Below are positions 55,810 to 56,558 of a stretch of 56,558 nt of DNA, in pieces. Location: the IMG/VR virus record IMGVR_UViG_3300010214_000031, positions 1 to 56,558 of that record, one strand, 5' to 3'. Each line of letters starts with the position of its first letter. Positions within the stretch are counted from its first letter, which is position 1. A model generated the notes under the pieces. It ran no database searches, was not told where the DNA came from, and saw only the letters and a program-made list of their open reading frames with translations. The translations under genes were made by a program, and so were the position numbers. The stretch is from a virus (taxonomy: Duplodnaviria > Caudoviricetes).

Positions 55810-56142
55810 ATGGTCGGTCGCATCCCATGCATCAACCCACGCTGCAGGCGCACCATCCGCGACGACGGCAAATCGGGCGAGATCATCTGCGGCAAGTGCT
55901 TTCGCTGCCTGCCGGCCGCTGTGCGCCAGGAGCACCGCCGCCTATGGCGAGAGCTGAAGAAATGGGAACGCCGCCTCACCCGGGCTACCGATGACATCAC
56001 AGCAAACCGGATTCGCCGTGTGTGCTGGCGGTTCTCGGTGCTGATCAATCGCCAATGGAACAGCGACATCAAGCCTATGTTCCTGGCGCCGGAAAAGCCG
56101 GCCGGGCTGGCATCCTTCTTGGAGGAGGTCGGCCTTGCCTGA
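55810..56142 (+). CDS. Cys-rich hypothetical protein
   Basis: PCINPRCRRT...ICGKCF. Confidence 0.6.
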   Translation: MVGRIPCINPRCRRTIRDDGKSGEIICGKCFRCLPAAVRQEHRRLWRELKKWERRLTRATDDITANRIRRVCWRFSVLINRQWNSDIKPMFLAPEKPAGLASFLEEVGLA

Positions 56143-56335
56143 GATCGCCCTGCCCTACATCTACCGCTGGGACCGGCTTGGCCGCAAAGGCCAGCCCTGC
56201 GCCGTCACGGCTCGAGGAACCCTCAACAGTTGCCGGGTGCAGTTCGCCGACGGCTTCGTGATGATCACCAGCAGGAACGCCATCCGCAAGGCACAGGGAA
56301 AGGAGCGCCATGACAGTACGCCCCCTGCCCGATAG
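56135..56335 (+). CDS. Hypothetical small protein
   Basis: GGAGG RBS; RKGQ.C.V.ARG..NS..V.F.DG. Confidence 0.6.
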   Translation: MPEIALPYIYRWDRLGRKGQPCAVTARGTLNSCRVQFADGFVMITSRNAIRKAQGKERHDSTPPAR

Positions 56336-56558
56336 CCTCCCACCCTTGGGCATTAGCCGCGAGCAGGCTGCCGCCTACATCGGAATCGGCGCGTCCCTGT
56401 TCGATCGGCTCGTCCACGATGGCAAGATGCCTCATGGTCGCCAGATCTACGGCCGTCTCGTATGGGACGTGCAGGAGGTTGCTGACGCCTTTCGCCGTCT
56501 GCCGCACAGGGCCACCGCGGTTGACGGGCAGGCCGAACCCGGCAATCCTTGGGACTGA
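56310..56558 (+). CDS. AlpA/excisionase-like HTH protein
   Basis: GISREQAAAYIGIG.S.FD.LV..G.MP....GR.VWD...LP; terminal position. Confidence 0.8.
   Translation: MTVRPLPDSLPPLGISREQAAAYIGIGASLFDRLVHDGKMPHGRQIYGRLVWDVQEVADAFRRLPHRATAVDGQAEPGNPWD

Noticed and set aside
56310-56558. Integrase or att site expected at this end
   Set aside because: The window stops at the excisionase-like stop codon; no recombinase or terminal repeat is visible

Overview
The window is almost a whole temperate prophage with podovirus-type structural genes. GcrA, GapR, an EcfG-like sigma and DUF982 point to an alphaproteobacterial (Rhizobiales-like) host. Left to right: small accessory genes (1-1107); lysis cassette (1165-2946); virion-injected proteins, including a two-domain cell-wall hydrolase and a ~3100-aa polyvalent protein (2973-17953); tail, capsid, scaffold, portal and terminase (17950-35096); a structured late leader with two atypical tRNAs (35630-36373); a NusG paralogue, replication initiator with iterons, PAPS-reductase-like, ASCH, two DNA methyltransferases, GcrA, ECF sigma and GapR (37937-49497); the Cro/CI switch with five 18-bp operators; and a rightward early operon with exonuclease and Bet recombinase, ending at an excisionase-like gene. 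No integrase or att site is visible. Best leads: (i) a 57-aa antisense ORF missing from the ORF track that resembles the repressor C-terminal helix and follows an SOS-like promoter (candidate antirepressor); (ii) an antisense membrane peptide ending in the PxGFx[LI]D motif repeated in the giant injected protein (candidate superinfection exclusion by mimicry); (iii) a 43-aa type-I-toxin-like ORF with a sequestered RBS; (iv) a GapR/ECF/MTase/GcrA host-regulator mimic module. All family calls are by-eye motif recognition, not database searches.
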